Source: a virus (lineage: Duplodnaviria; Caudoviricetes). From it: a stretch of DNA of 64,000 bases. A model generated the notes under the pieces. It saw nothing but the letters and a program-made list of their open reading frames with translations. It did not search any database and had not been told where the DNA came from. A program made the position numbers and the translations under genes. Of the stretch, positions 8,701 to 19,545 are shown piece by piece (position 1 is the stretch's first letter; the number at the start of each line of letters is the position of its first letter). The stretch is taken from the IMG/VR virus record IMGVR_UViG_3300030330_003356, positions 1 through 64,000 of that record; one strand, written 5' to 3'.

Positions 8701-11700
8701 TTCAGATCAAAATTACATTGTTACCGTAGTTGACTCTAATAATTTTAAATTGTCCTCAGTTGGTGTAGGAACAACTGCGAAACTCTTCTACTATAATACA
8801 AATCAATATGTTGATATCGAATCTGTAGGATCTGGATCTCATACATTTAATTATCCAACAATTACTGTTTCAATTTCTGGAGAGATTGGAATTAATACAG
8901 TAAGTGGACAAGACTTTACCGCCAAGATTCAACCTGTATTCAAGGGATCAGTAGAGTCGATTCACCTTACTGATAATGGTGTGGGATATGGTTCAAGTGA
9001 GATTATTAATTTTAACAAGCAGCCTTCATTTAAACTACTAAGTGGTAGAGATGCAGAACTTCTGCCTATCATTAATAATGGAAGAATTGAGCAAGTTCTT
9101 GTTACAAACAATGGTTTTGAATATAACTCTGCCCCACAATTGGTTGTAAACGGCGAGGGCAGTTTTGCAAAGTTAACTGCCGTTGTTAATAACGGACAGA
9201 TTGAAAGAGTTATTGTCGATAATCCAGGAATTAATTACACTGACACCACGACAGTAAGTGTGTTGTCAAATGGACTGGGCGCAAACTTAATTGCTGACAT
9301 AAATCAATGGACTATTAACCTCTTTGAAAAATACAAAGGTATTGTAAGTGATGATGATGGTATTCTTGATGTTGCTCTAAATGAAGATTATGGAATTCAG
9401 TACACTCACCTTTATGCACCAAGAAAATTAAGAGAAACGGTTTTTGGTAGAGTTTTATCGGGTGACATTAATTATGGATATAGTGACTTATCAAAAGGAA
9501 TCAAATATGGAGTTGCTGATCTTAGAATTGATGATACCAATCAAGAAATTGAAGCAAACTTCCACTCTCCTATAATAGGATGGGCATATGACGGCAACCC
9601 AATATATGGCCCATATGGATATGACACTAATACCGGTGGAACTGTTAGAGCACTTAAGAGTGGATACAGTTTAGTAGAATCATCAAATCGTCCTTCGCTT
9701 TCAAGCTGGGAAAATGGATTCTTCTGCGAAGATTACCAATTTACTGGTGACGGAGATCTTGATGAGCATAACGGTAGATATTGTATAACTCCTGATTTCC
9801 CTAATGGAGTATATGCATATTTTGCAACTATAAGTGATGGTACAGTTGCTGGTGATGGATCATTTGAAAACTTTAAATTGCCAGTGTTCCCATATTTTAT
9901 TGGCGATAAGTTTAAATCAAAACCAAATGAATTCAATTTCAAAAATGATTCATATCAAGAAAAATATGATATTGTAAGTGATATGTGGTTGAGAAATACC
10001 ACACCCTATGGATTAGTACAAGACAATGTGTCATATGAATATGTTACTCAACCATATAAAATATTTGATGAAGTAATTGATATTACATCTGCTTCATTAG
10101 GAACAATTGATAACGTTGGTATTATTACTGGTGGTAGTGGATATCAAGTTGGTGATAGAGTGGTATTTGAATCCTTACCTGGAGCAACTGATGCGAAGGC
10201 AAAGGTATCTAGAGTTGTTGGTAAAGTTATCACCGATGTAAGCGTTGAAACCTTAACATCATCTGAATTAGAAATTTCTCCTGTTGATTCATCTGGAAGA
10301 TATGTTGCTTTTGCACAATCTCCACATAATTTAGTAAACAGCAATTTAGTTTCCTTATCTGGATTTAATACTTCCTCAAACTTAACTAATAAGTCATATA
10401 GAATTGGCGTATCCACTGATTTCTATAATTTAACAACAGGTGTTAGCACTTCTGGTGTCACTGGTATTGTTACATACTTCTCAATTAATGGTGGAATAAT
10501 TAATCATGGACTTCTTTCAGTCAGAGAAAATGACATCTTTACATTAGGTTCTGAAAAAGTTCGTGTTCTTAATGTTGATAATTTAAATTCAAGATTAAGA
10601 GTTGAAAGAGCAGTAAGTAGCACGGTGTCTGCAGCTCATACTGCTACTACTTCACTTTCTGAAAACAGTCGTAAGTTTACTTTCATTTCAGAAAGAGAGA
10701 ATGAAGTTAAATTTGAACTGAACAAACAAGTATATTTTGATCCAAAAGAAACTTTAGGTGTTGGTACACTTAGTGGCGTTGGAATTGGTTCTACTGTATT
10801 TTTCTCAAATCCAGGTGCAGGAATCACTCAAAAATTTGTATCTACTCAAACTTTATTCTTACCCAATCACGAATTAAAGACTGGTGATGTTGTTGTTTAT
10901 AATAATGGTGGTGGACAGTCAGTTGAAGTAGATACAAATCCATCAGTAGGAACTACTTATAGAATTGCTAATAATACTCCATTGTATGTTGCTAAAATTA
11001 GTAATGATGTAATTGGAATACAAACATTTAAAGTTGGTATTGGTTCCACAGGAACATTTGTTGGTATTGCTGATACAACGATGAGTTCTGGATTGCTGTT
11101 CCTCACAGGTATTGGAACAGGAACAAAGCATAGCGTTAAAACAGTAAGAACAAATGTTGTAACTGCTGAATCTTCACGTAATACCGTCACTGTTGCTACC
11201 GCTTCAACTCATGGACTAACAATTGGTGATAAAGTTAATATGTCAGTTACACCTGGCATTACCACGACTGTTACTGTCAAGTACAATGATCACAATAGAA
11301 GAATTGTATTCAATCCTCTCGGATTTACAACTGCTGGTGTAAGCACTTCTCAAAATACGATTGAGATTTCAGATCATGGATTTAATACCGGCGATAAAGT
11401 AATTCTTGATTCTAGCCCTGCACCATCAGGACTGGAGGATCAGAAAATATACTATGTTTTCAAACTTTCCAAGGATAAAGTAAGACTTTGTGATTCAAAG
11501 TATCAAGTTGAAAGATTTAATCCCAATTTTGTCTCAATTGAGATTGCAAGAGAGGGAACATTATTACCCATCAATCCACCTGTAAATGTTTACAATGGTA
11601 ATACTATAATATTTGATCTAAGTGATTCATCTCTTTCATCTTTGAATGTATCCACACTGTATTCTGCTTTTGATATGAATCTCTATAGAGATTCTAACTT

Positions 11701-14700
11701 TACAGATGTGTTTGATGGATCTTTAAAAGACGATGATTTTGAAGTCACAAAATCCGGAAAAGTTGGAATTGATGCAAATGCAAAACTGACTCTAGTTGTA
11801 AATGATAATATTCCTCATAATATTTTCTACAAGTTCTCTTTAATAAATTCTGATTTTATTGAAGATGTCAAAAAAGAAATTGTAATTGATTACGAGGTAG
11901 ACGGAGCTAACAAAATTGATGTTGTTAACAGCACATATTCTGGTGAGTTCTCAGTAATTGGAGTTGGAACAACCGCAACCTTTAGTTATGATGTAGAAGA
12001 AAAACCAGAAAGAGGATCTTATACAAGATCAACTGGAGGATTATTGTATAACACTGACTCTACAAATGCATATGGTGGAATCGCTGATATCAATATCACT
12101 TATAAGGGTTCAAATTATAAGGAAGTAGTTGGAGTATCAACAATTGTTGGAATTGTAACAGGAACCGGGGCAGTTCTTGAACCATCCAGTAATACAATTG
12201 GTAGAGTTCTTTCTACTAAGATTGAAAATATCGGATTTGATTACCCAACTGATTTTACTATACGTCCTACCACTAATTTACCTGAAGTTCTTCTTCTTGA
12301 ATCACTGACATCATTTGAAGAAATTGGTATTACATCTGCAGGCAAAAATTATTCAATTGCCCCTAATTTAATTGTTCTTGATGGATTGACTGGCAAGCAT
12401 ATTAATGACGTAGATCTTTTCTATCGTCTTGGAGATCCAAAAGTAACTATTAGAAAAAATACTCGTGGACTTACCAACGTTACTCCAACAATTATTCCAA
12501 TCAGCAATACAAATGGTGTTGGAATCAATGATATTTCTTTCGATATTGCAACTAAAAAGGTAACAGTTGGTTTTGATACTGGATTTAGTGATCAGTCACC
12601 TTTTGCAGTTGGTGATAAAGTTCTAATTGAAAATGTTAGTGTGGGTGTTGGATCAACTGGTTCAGGTTATAATTCAGTTGATTATAATTATCAGTTATTT
12701 ACATTGACTGATGTAAATATTCCTCTAGGCGGAAATGTTGGCGTAGTTACTTTTAGTCTTTCCGGAATTATTGATGATAATCTTTATGCAGGTAATTATG
12801 ATTCTGTTAATTCTGCAGGAAGAATCATAAATCAAAGTTCTTTCCCTCAATTTGATATTTCTCTTAAGAAAAATGATTTCTTAATTGGAGAAAAAATTGT
12901 ATCTGATAGAGGTGACGGTACTGTTGATAGTTGGAATAATAGAATTGAACTTCTAAAAGTTTCTACATCAAGAGATTTTAGAGTTGGTGATTTAATCAAA
13001 GGACAGACATCAGGAACTCAAGGTACTGTTAAGTCGAAAATTGATTACAATTCTGATATTGAAACTGAATCTTCTTCGATTGTAGAAAAAGGTTGGAATA
13101 CGACTACTGGATTCTTAAATGATAATCAGCAAAGAATTCCTGATAACTTCTATTATCAGAATTTCTCTTATGCTATCAAATCAAAGATTCCTTTACAGAA
13201 ATGGGACGATACTGTAAGTTCTCTCAATCATACATCTGGATTCCTCAAGTTTAGTGACTTAATTATCGAATCTTCTGATGAAAGGATTGGTGGTGGTGCA
13301 TTTACTGATAATTTATCAACTATCTCCTTAACAGTAGACATTAGCCCTACAACAACTTACGGAAGTGGAAACTTTGGGGGAGGAATTAGTTTAAATTGCT
13401 ACCCTGCGTTTGATCTTGTAACAGAAAATTCTAAAACTGCCTCCGGCACAGTTTACTCTGATAGAATTTTCTTAGAAAATAGAGTTCTTACTGATTATTT
13501 TGAATCAGTGGGTAATAGAGTTCTTACCATTGATGACATTAGTGGACAATTTAATAGCGAAGAACGTCCTACTAGATTCAGCATTGTTAAGAAGTTCCCT
13601 GTTGAGCAAAGATCTAAGAAAATCTTAACGTTCGTTCGCGATAAACTTTACACTGGAGAGAGACAAGCATCTATTGTTACTCTTGTTCAAGATGGACAAA
13701 ATGCTGAAGTTTTAAATTATGGTAGAGTTGATAGTGTATTAGATCTCGGAAGTTTCGACTTTAACATTTCGGGAAGTGAGGGACAACTTCTTTTCTATCC
13801 TACTAAGTTTAGAAATAATAATTATAACATTTCTTATTGTAGTTTTGATCTTGATAATAGTATAACTGGCATTGGAACGTTTGCTTTAGGTGAAATATGT
13901 GATATTGAATCTACTCAAATTGACAATATTCCAGCAGGTAGTTCAACAACAATTGTAGGTATTGCATCTACATACAGATCTACCAAAGTTTTGGTTGAAA
14001 TAAACACCGACAATGGTGTTTTTGGATTTAACGAATTAAATGTAATTCATGATGGTACAACTGCAGAACTTTTAGAATATGGCGATCTTTCAACCGATCT
14101 TGGAAATACGGTATTAGGCATCGGAACTTACTCTGTTGATATGTCTGCCGGAGATATAAATGTAAACTTTACTCCAAACGCTGGATATGCAGTCACAGTA
14201 AACACTGTTAGAGTTTCAATGTCTAGCACCGAATCTGTTGGTGTTGGAACGACTATAATTGGTGCAGGTGGTGAGAATGTTGCTGAATTACAATCTTTCT
14301 ATACATCAATTGGATCCTCTGCTTCTCCTGGTATTCATACAATCGCAGAATATACTTGTGGTGGCCTTGATGATTATTCTGCAGCGTACTACCTTGTAAG
14401 TGTTGAAGATACGACAAATAATGAATATCAACTCACTGAATTGATTGTATTAAATGATAATGGTGGATCATATATTACAGAATATGGAACACTTACCACA
14501 GGAAGTGGAATTGGAACGTTTGATGCATTCATGGATCCATCAATCACTTATTTACGATACACTCCTCCAGCAAACGTTGATGTTGAAACAAGAGTTTTCC
14601 AACAGGCGATTCAATTAGTTCAAGTTGATGATACTCTTGATCACGAAATTGATTTAAACAATGCATCTGTAACGGCTGGATATGGATTCTATCAAGGAAC

Positions 14701-17700
14701 ATCTAATGATGTTAAGAGAGAGTTTGCACTTACTCATAATGGATTGCCAATCTTCAGCAGAAACTTTGATGGAAGTAACAGTGCGATTGTTGATGTTGAC
14801 ACAAATAAAATTACGATCCCTGATCATTTCTTTGTTACAGGAGAACCAGTAAGTTATTCAGTTGGTGTTAACACCACTGTTCGTATTGGTATCGAAACTA
14901 CATCATTCGCTGGTATTGGTAGTACTACTTTATTACCAACCAATGCACTTGTTTATGTAATTAAAGATAATGATTCAACTATTAGACTTGCCTCTTCTGC
15001 AACTAATGCAAACCTTTCAACACCTGTTGCAATTGGAATTACTAGTGTTGGTATTGGAACTTTCCATACATTTACATCGGATAAACAAAATACGAAATGC
15101 TTAGTTGCTCTTGACAACTACATTCAAAATCCAATTGTATCTACTGCAACGACAACCTCTATTGATAAAGAAATAGTTCTCGGTGATACCATCATTGAAA
15201 CAGTAGGTGTTACTTCATTCTATGCTGCAGATCTTATTCAAGTAGGATCTGAAATCATGAAGATTAATACTGTAGGTTTTGGAACAACTAACGGTATTTT
15301 GGTTGATCGTGGATGGATGGGAACAGGAATTCAAACTCATCAGGTTGGAGTTGCTGTAACTAAAGTTGATGGTGCGTATAACATTGTTAACAACACCATT
15401 AACTTCTATACTGCACCTAGAGGCCCGATTCCTATCGGATCAATCACAAATCCTCCTGATGAAAGAGATTGGACAGGTATCACTACATTCTCCACATTCC
15501 AGGGAAGAACTTTCTTAAGATCTGAACCCAAGAATAGTACAAATGATGCATACTATTCTAACTATGTTTTTGACAGCATTGCTGATCAATTCGATGCAAC
15601 CACCAAGACGTTCTCACTTAAATCTGAAAATCAAGATGTAGTTGGTTTCTCCACTAACAATGCAGTTGTGCTTGTAAATGGAATATTCCAAGGCCCTACT
15701 GGACAACTTGCGGTTGCACAAGATTATTCTTTGAGTGAGGGTTCTGGAATTAGTAGTATCACCTTTACCGGAACTGCAACATCAGTTGCTTATGATCCTA
15801 ACAATGCAAATATTCCTGTCGGTGGAATAATTGTTTCAGTCGGTTCAACTGGTGGACTTGGATATCAACCTCTTGTTTCTGCTGGAGGAACAGCGATTGT
15901 TTCCGCTGCAGGAACTATCACTTCTATCAGCATTGGAAATACTGGTTCTGGATATCGTTCTGGTATTCAAACCGTCAATGTCGGTGTCTATACATCATCC
16001 ACAGGAAGAACTGGTATTGAGTTTATTGGTACTGCTGCTGTTAGTAATGGACATATTGTGAGTGTTGCAATCACTAATCCTGGATCAGGATATTTGATTG
16101 GATCCGAACCTGTTGTTGTATTTGATGCACCTCTATCATACTCAAACATTCCTCTGGTATATTCAGATTCTTCTGTATCTGGATTTGGAACTGAGGCAAC
16201 TGTTGACATTGTAGTTGGACAGGGATCAAGCGTTATCGATTTTGAAATCAGAAATACTGGATATCGTTATGGACAAAATCAAACACTTACAATCGCCTCT
16301 GGCGGTGCAACTGGAATTCCTACTGATACAAACTTTGATTTTGAAGAATTCCAAATCACTATCGACAGAGTTGAAGCAGATAAATTCTCTGCTTGGCATT
16401 TTGGAGAACTTGAGCGTCTTGACAATATTGATTCTGAGTTTGATGGAGTCAAGAGACAATTTACTATTAAGAGAGACGGATCTCCTGTAACAATTAGATC
16501 TGCTACAGGATCAAACATCGATGTTCAATCAACACTTCTTATCTTTGTCAACGATATTCTTCAGGTTCCTGGTGGTTCATATACCTTTGATGGTGGTAGT
16601 GTAATTAACTTCTCAGAAGCACCAAAAGGCCCGTCTGCAGATGGTGCTTTCTCTGGAGACACATGTAAGGTTCTTTTCTATAAGGGATCTGGTGATATTG
16701 ATGTCACATTCCGCGATGTGCTTCAAACTGTCAAGGATGGTGATTTATTTACAATAAGAGGTGATGAAACCCTTGTACCCAATTCAGTTGATCAGGGTTC
16801 AAGATTAATTACTGAAATTATTTCCTCTGATACAGTAAAAACAAACGCATATTATGGAAGAGGAATAGATTCAAATCCAGATCATGCACGAACTGTCACA
16901 TGGTGTAAACAAACTGTTGATAAAGTAATTAATGGCAAAATTGTTAGTAAGTCTAGAGAACTAAATGAAGCACTGATTAATCCAAGAACAAACATCATTC
17001 AATCTGTGGGTATTGAATCAACAATGCTATTTGTTGAGAGTGTAATTCCATTCTTTAATCCTGATGATGAAAATCAGACTACCAAGAATGTTCAAACCAT
17101 CAGTCTTGTTTCGCAAAACAATATTGTAGCGGCAGCTGCTACGGCAGTTGTGTCTGTTGCTAATACAGTAGAATCAATCACAATTGGATTTGGTGGCACA
17201 GGTTATACATCTGCACCCTCAGTCACGATTGAGACTCCAGTGGGACTTGGAACGACTGCTAGAGCAACTGCAACCGCAACACTGACTGGTGATACAGTTT
17301 CTTCTATAACCGTCTCGACTCCAGGTGTTGGTTACACCAGAACATCTGTTCCTCAAGTTCTGATCGAAGCGCCTAAGTTAATTAAAGAAACAAATGAAAC
17401 AACACTTTATCAAGGTGACTTTGGTGATATTGTTGGATTGACTTCTACATCTGTTGGTGTCGCTTCTACAGGATTTGTAATGGACTTCTTTGTTCCTATT
17501 GATTCTTTCTTACGTGACACTAAAGTCGTTGGTGCTGCAGTTACTTTGAGTGACATTGCAGTTGGTGATTACTTTACAGTGAAGAACAGCAATGTTGGAA
17601 GTGGTGTTACATCACTTTATCAAACTGGTGGAACATTAGGAGTAACCACACAATTCCTTGATGCTGTATATGAGGTAGCAGCAGTATCTGTAGCACAAAC

Positions 17701-17950
17701 TGCAGTTGCTGGTGTTGGTATTACATATGTTAAGAGAGTGACTGTGAGTGTTGAAGATCTTGGTAATATCACTGGAATCGGACTTACAGAATTCTATGGT
17801 GAGTTCTCTTGGGGTAAAATTACATTAGGAAGTAGAACAAATGCAGCAGCGTTTGACGCATACCTCCTAAATGGCACATCCGGTATATCTACTGGTGCTG
17901 TCATCAATAGAGTCGAACCTCTGAAATTTGTAGGATACTCTACAACATAA
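5744..17950 (+). CDS. gp7: giant baseplate wedge initiator gp7 (4068 aa) with many accessory domains
   Basis: Lies between gp6 and gp8. N-terminal QLPAFVRDDFP..FLKQYY, KGTDESFRILF, and core DNFYYQNFSYAIKS...HTSGF. Confidence 0.88.
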   Translation: MISTDFQRVQIQDIIEYQLPAFVRDDFPLVGEFLKQYYISQEYPTAPSDIIQNIDEYVKLETLLSGEEETRLDIDIDFDATTINATFDLYNDQFGTYKFPERYGLIQIDDEVILYTTRSNYQFLGCVRGFSGVTAFSDNDEELTFTSSEATSHVQGAKIVNLSNILLREFLVKLKKQITPGFERREINSEVNERLFLSRAKDFYQSKGTDESFRILFAALYGEKAEVVKPKEFLFRPSDAEYRKTKDIVVEAIVGDPTKLKNQTLYQDAFPEYGINQAYATIIDAEKIQRGSDTFYQLSVDFDYSKDIDLTGGTVLGDFAAHPKTQNTVLVSSGSSIIDVDSTIGFPDRGQIFVKGQSGILTYRSKTTNQFFGVGLANTTTFGTNYEITAGSDLRLNVTAYGFEGINPVSVASSDASAVGIASTSKIEIRIGNVLGKNTVYGDTSYYTNEDIIKIKSLGISTSSALANNWFDNVSPKYDVKQLSLIDSSNFTYSITLFADSILRIGDKVTVIQSNGVGKQGVVVDITDAKTFSFSRAGELVGSNFSVRRDILKPDVSSVNSNYSYIENAFANVQNTYAKYNGDILVTSSSIPSYHDTPLDFYDRKVSLDGSFSGETFDVSKNHGFVTGDKIYYESYVYADDIGQTVESKFPEIDPGVFYVKKVNNTQFKIASSLTNLFNNNFVSVSGIVTSNYFCVNDFYKKDLEHQKLVREFKSPVNDGGTHRTSPGKTGMLVNGVEILNYKSGDSVYFGTINSLTVSAGGDGYDVINPPILSIQDSTGIGATGLVNVKGELDRIDVIDPGFDYVTNPIVTISGGNGSDASAFANTKLVTHSVSFFATSDNPQVGLSSNTIGFTTFHKFRESEKVIYKTDGQSAIGGISADAIYYVKTVDTKTIKLFLTEGDSITGLNTVSLSSNGVGVHRFESFDKKRVLSDVIVKSSGSNYENKERTSGTSGINTSLNQINISNHGFKSGDTVTYSGNASGLSSDQNYIVTVVDSNNFKLSSVGVGTTAKLFYYNTNQYVDIESVGSGSHTFNYPTITVSISGEIGINTVSGQDFTAKIQPVFKGSVESIHLTDNGVGYGSSEIINFNKQPSFKLLSGRDAELLPIINNGRIEQVLVTNNGFEYNSAPQLVVNGEGSFAKLTAVVNNGQIERVIVDNPGINYTDTTTVSVLSNGLGANLIADINQWTINLFEKYKGIVSDDDGILDVALNEDYGIQYTHLYAPRKLRETVFGRVLSGDINYGYSDLSKGIKYGVADLRIDDTNQEIEANFHSPIIGWAYDGNPIYGPYGYDTNTGGTVRALKSGYSLVESSNRPSLSSWENGFFCEDYQFTGDGDLDEHNGRYCITPDFPNGVYAYFATISDGTVAGDGSFENFKLPVFPYFIGDKFKSKPNEFNFKNDSYQEKYDIVSDMWLRNTTPYGLVQDNVSYEYVTQPYKIFDEVIDITSASLGTIDNVGIITGGSGYQVGDRVVFESLPGATDAKAKVSRVVGKVITDVSVETLTSSELEISPVDSSGRYVAFAQSPHNLVNSNLVSLSGFNTSSNLTNKSYRIGVSTDFYNLTTGVSTSGVTGIVTYFSINGGIINHGLLSVRENDIFTLGSEKVRVLNVDNLNSRLRVERAVSSTVSAAHTATTSLSENSRKFTFISERENEVKFELNKQVYFDPKETLGVGTLSGVGIGSTVFFSNPGAGITQKFVSTQTLFLPNHELKTGDVVVYNNGGGQSVEVDTNPSVGTTYRIANNTPLYVAKISNDVIGIQTFKVGIGSTGTFVGIADTTMSSGLLFLTGIGTGTKHSVKTVRTNVVTAESSRNTVTVATASTHGLTIGDKVNMSVTPGITTTVTVKYNDHNRRIVFNPLGFTTAGVSTSQNTIEISDHGFNTGDKVILDSSPAPSGLEDQKIYYVFKLSKDKVRLCDSKYQVERFNPNFVSIEIAREGTLLPINPPVNVYNGNTIIFDLSDSSLSSLNVSTLYSAFDMNLYRDSNFTDVFDGSLKDDDFEVTKSGKVGIDANAKLTLVVNDNIPHNIFYKFSLINSDFIEDVKKEIVIDYEVDGANKIDVVNSTYSGEFSVIGVGTTATFSYDVEEKPERGSYTRSTGGLLYNTDSTNAYGGIADINITYKGSNYKEVVGVSTIVGIVTGTGAVLEPSSNTIGRVLSTKIENIGFDYPTDFTIRPTTNLPEVLLLESLTSFEEIGITSAGKNYSIAPNLIVLDGLTGKHINDVDLFYRLGDPKVTIRKNTRGLTNVTPTIIPISNTNGVGINDISFDIATKKVTVGFDTGFSDQSPFAVGDKVLIENVSVGVGSTGSGYNSVDYNYQLFTLTDVNIPLGGNVGVVTFSLSGIIDDNLYAGNYDSVNSAGRIINQSSFPQFDISLKKNDFLIGEKIVSDRGDGTVDSWNNRIELLKVSTSRDFRVGDLIKGQTSGTQGTVKSKIDYNSDIETESSSIVEKGWNTTTGFLNDNQQRIPDNFYYQNFSYAIKSKIPLQKWDDTVSSLNHTSGFLKFSDLIIESSDERIGGGAFTDNLSTISLTVDISPTTTYGSGNFGGGISLNCYPAFDLVTENSKTASGTVYSDRIFLENRVLTDYFESVGNRVLTIDDISGQFNSEERPTRFSIVKKFPVEQRSKKILTFVRDKLYTGERQASIVTLVQDGQNAEVLNYGRVDSVLDLGSFDFNISGSEGQLLFYPTKFRNNNYNISYCSFDLDNSITGIGTFALGEICDIESTQIDNIPAGSSTTIVGIASTYRSTKVLVEINTDNGVFGFNELNVIHDGTTAELLEYGDLSTDLGNTVLGIGTYSVDMSAGDINVNFTPNAGYAVTVNTVRVSMSSTESVGVGTTIIGAGGENVAELQSFYTSIGSSASPGIHTIAEYTCGGLDDYSAAYYLVSVEDTTNNEYQLTELIVLNDNGGSYITEYGTLTTGSGIGTFDAFMDPSITYLRYTPPANVDVETRVFQQAIQLVQVDDTLDHEIDLNNASVTAGYGFYQGTSNDVKREFALTHNGLPIFSRNFDGSNSAIVDVDTNKITIPDHFFVTGEPVSYSVGVNTTVRIGIETTSFAGIGSTTLLPTNALVYVIKDNDSTIRLASSATNANLSTPVAIGITSVGIGTFHTFTSDKQNTKCLVALDNYIQNPIVSTATTTSIDKEIVLGDTIIETVGVTSFYAADLIQVGSEIMKINTVGFGTTNGILVDRGWMGTGIQTHQVGVAVTKVDGAYNIVNNTINFYTAPRGPIPIGSITNPPDERDWTGITTFSTFQGRTFLRSEPKNSTNDAYYSNYVFDSIADQFDATTKTFSLKSENQDVVGFSTNNAVVLVNGIFQGPTGQLAVAQDYSLSEGSGISSITFTGTATSVAYDPNNANIPVGGIIVSVGSTGGLGYQPLVSAGGTAIVSAAGTITSISIGNTGSGYRSGIQTVNVGVYTSSTGRTGIEFIGTAAVSNGHIVSVAITNPGSGYLIGSEPVVVFDAPLSYSNIPLVYSDSSVSGFGTEATVDIVVGQGSSVIDFEIRNTGYRYGQNQTLTIASGGATGIPTDTNFDFEEFQITIDRVEADKFSAWHFGELERLDNIDSEFDGVKRQFTIKRDGSPVTIRSATGSNIDVQSTLLIFVNDILQVPGGSYTFDGGSVINFSEAPKGPSADGAFSGDTCKVLFYKGSGDIDVTFRDVLQTVKDGDLFTIRGDETLVPNSVDQGSRLITEIISSDTVKTNAYYGRGIDSNPDHARTVTWCKQTVDKVINGKIVSKSRELNEALINPRTNIIQSVGIESTMLFVESVIPFFNPDDENQTTKNVQTISLVSQNNIVAAAATAVVSVANTVESITIGFGGTGYTSAPSVTIETPVGLGTTARATATATLTGDTVSSITVSTPGVGYTRTSVPQVLIEAPKLIKETNETTLYQGDFGDIVGLTSTSVGVASTGFVMDFFVPIDSFLRDTKVVGAAVTLSDIAVGDYFTVKNSNVGSGVTSLYQTGGTLGVTTQFLDAVYEVAAVSVAQTAVAGVGITYVKRVTVSVEDLGNITGIGLTEFYGEFSWGKITLGSRTNAAAFDAYLLNGTSGISTGAVINRVEPLKFVGYSTT

Positions 17951-17953
17951 CTG

Positions 17954-17960
17954 ATAAATA
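17954..17960 (+). promoter_or_regulatory. T4-like late promoter
   Basis: ATAAATA upstream of gp8. Confidence 0.65.
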
Positions 17961-17979
17961 AGTAAAAAACCACGCAAAA

Positions 17980-19539
17980 ATGGCTGCGATTATAACTGAT
18001 CAACTTCGTATATTAAACGCAAAAGATTTTGTTGCTAGTGTTGCTTCCACTAGCAACTCTTTCTATTCGTTTGTTGGATTGCCCAATCCAACTGATGTTG
18101 ATGCAAGTTGGGATAGTAGTCCTCCAGATCCAAGAGATAATTTTAATGAGGAGAACAATTATTGGGATACAATGATTGCTCTTAAAAAAATTGATGCTGA
18201 TGATGTTCAGCAAGTAATTAGAAAAATTACTTGGCAGTCTGGCACAACTTACGATATGTATCGCAATGATATTAAGGCAGAAAATCCCTCTAAACCTTCT
18301 AATGTCGTAAGTTTATATGAGGCAAATTATTATGTAATGAACTCTGATTTTAGAGTTTATGTTTGTCTTCAAAATGGATCTAATCCAGAAAATCCGAGTG
18401 GAAGAGCATCACTCGATGAACCCACTTTTACTGACTTAGAACCAAGAGAAGCAGGTACAAGTGGTGATGGATATATCTGGAAATATCTTTTTACTATTAA
18501 ACCCAGAGATATAGTCAAATTTGACGCAACTAATTTCATGCCAGTCCCTAAAGATTGGACTACTACATCTAATGCCAATATTTCAGCAGTAAGAAATAAT
18601 GCTGATACCAGTGGACAATTAAAAATTATCACAATAACAAACAGAGGAGTTGGATTAGGAACCGCAAATAGAACTTATACACAAGTTCCTATTAAAGGCG
18701 ATGGAAACGGTGCTGAGTGTACTATTGCAATTAATAACAATTCAAAAGTAGAATCTGTTACTGTCTCAAAAGGTGGTTCGGGTTACACTTTTGGAACTGT
18801 AGATTTGGTGGCAGGTAATGTTCCTACAGGAACAACAGCACCTATCTTCGATGTAATTATACCACCTCAAGGTGGACATGGTTCTGATATCTATAGGGAA
18901 CTTGGTGCAAGAAATGCTCTTGTATATTCAAGAATTGAAAATGATACAGAAAATCCTGATTTTGTAACAGGAAACGAGATTGCTAGAGTTGGATTAGTTC
19001 AAAATCCAAAAGCATATAATACCTCTACAAATCTAGAACTTGATAAAGCATCTGCAACATATGCTCTTAAATTAACTGGTGCAGGATATAGTTCTGCCAC
19101 ATTTACAGCAGACGCTTTTATCACCCAAACAGTAGGTTTAGGTTCTACTGCGGTTGGACGAGTTGTATCTTATGATCAAGTAACTGGTGTTCTTAAGTAT
19201 TGGCAGGACAGATCAACTGCAGGATTCAATACTGACGGAACAAAGAACACAAGTCCAGAATATGGATTCAAAATGAACAGATTTACGCCAGACATTGCAT
19301 CTGGTGGTTCTTTTGATATTATCGGTGGATCTTCTACACTCGCAATTCAAACCTCATTTACGGGTGTCTCAACCGAAATAAATAGTCGTACTTATTACCT
19401 GGGGCAATCTTTTAATGAAGGTGTCGCCCAGCCTGAAGTTGAAAAATATACGGGTAATATCATTTACGTAGATAATAGGCCCTCTATTACAAGATCGTCC
19501 AGTCAAAAAGAAGATATCAAAATTATCTTGCAGTTCTAA
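17980..19539 (+). CDS. gp8: baseplate wedge subunit gp8
   Basis: WQSGTTYDMY, VYVCLQNG, DGYIWKYLFTI, GGHG motifs and the C-terminal EDIKIILQF. Confidence 0.93.
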   Translation: MAAIITDQLRILNAKDFVASVASTSNSFYSFVGLPNPTDVDASWDSSPPDPRDNFNEENNYWDTMIALKKIDADDVQQVIRKITWQSGTTYDMYRNDIKAENPSKPSNVVSLYEANYYVMNSDFRVYVCLQNGSNPENPSGRASLDEPTFTDLEPREAGTSGDGYIWKYLFTIKPRDIVKFDATNFMPVPKDWTTTSNANISAVRNNADTSGQLKIITITNRGVGLGTANRTYTQVPIKGDGNGAECTIAINNNSKVESVTVSKGGSGYTFGTVDLVAGNVPTGTTAPIFDVIIPPQGGHGSDIYRELGARNALVYSRIENDTENPDFVTGNEIARVGLVQNPKAYNTSTNLELDKASATYALKLTGAGYSSATFTADAFITQTVGLGSTAVGRVVSYDQVTGVLKYWQDRSTAGFNTDGTKNTSPEYGFKMNRFTPDIASGGSFDIIGGSSTLAIQTSFTGVSTEINSRTYYLGQSFNEGVAQPEVEKYTGNIIYVDNRPSITRSSSQKEDIKIILQF

Positions 19540-19545
19540 GGAATT

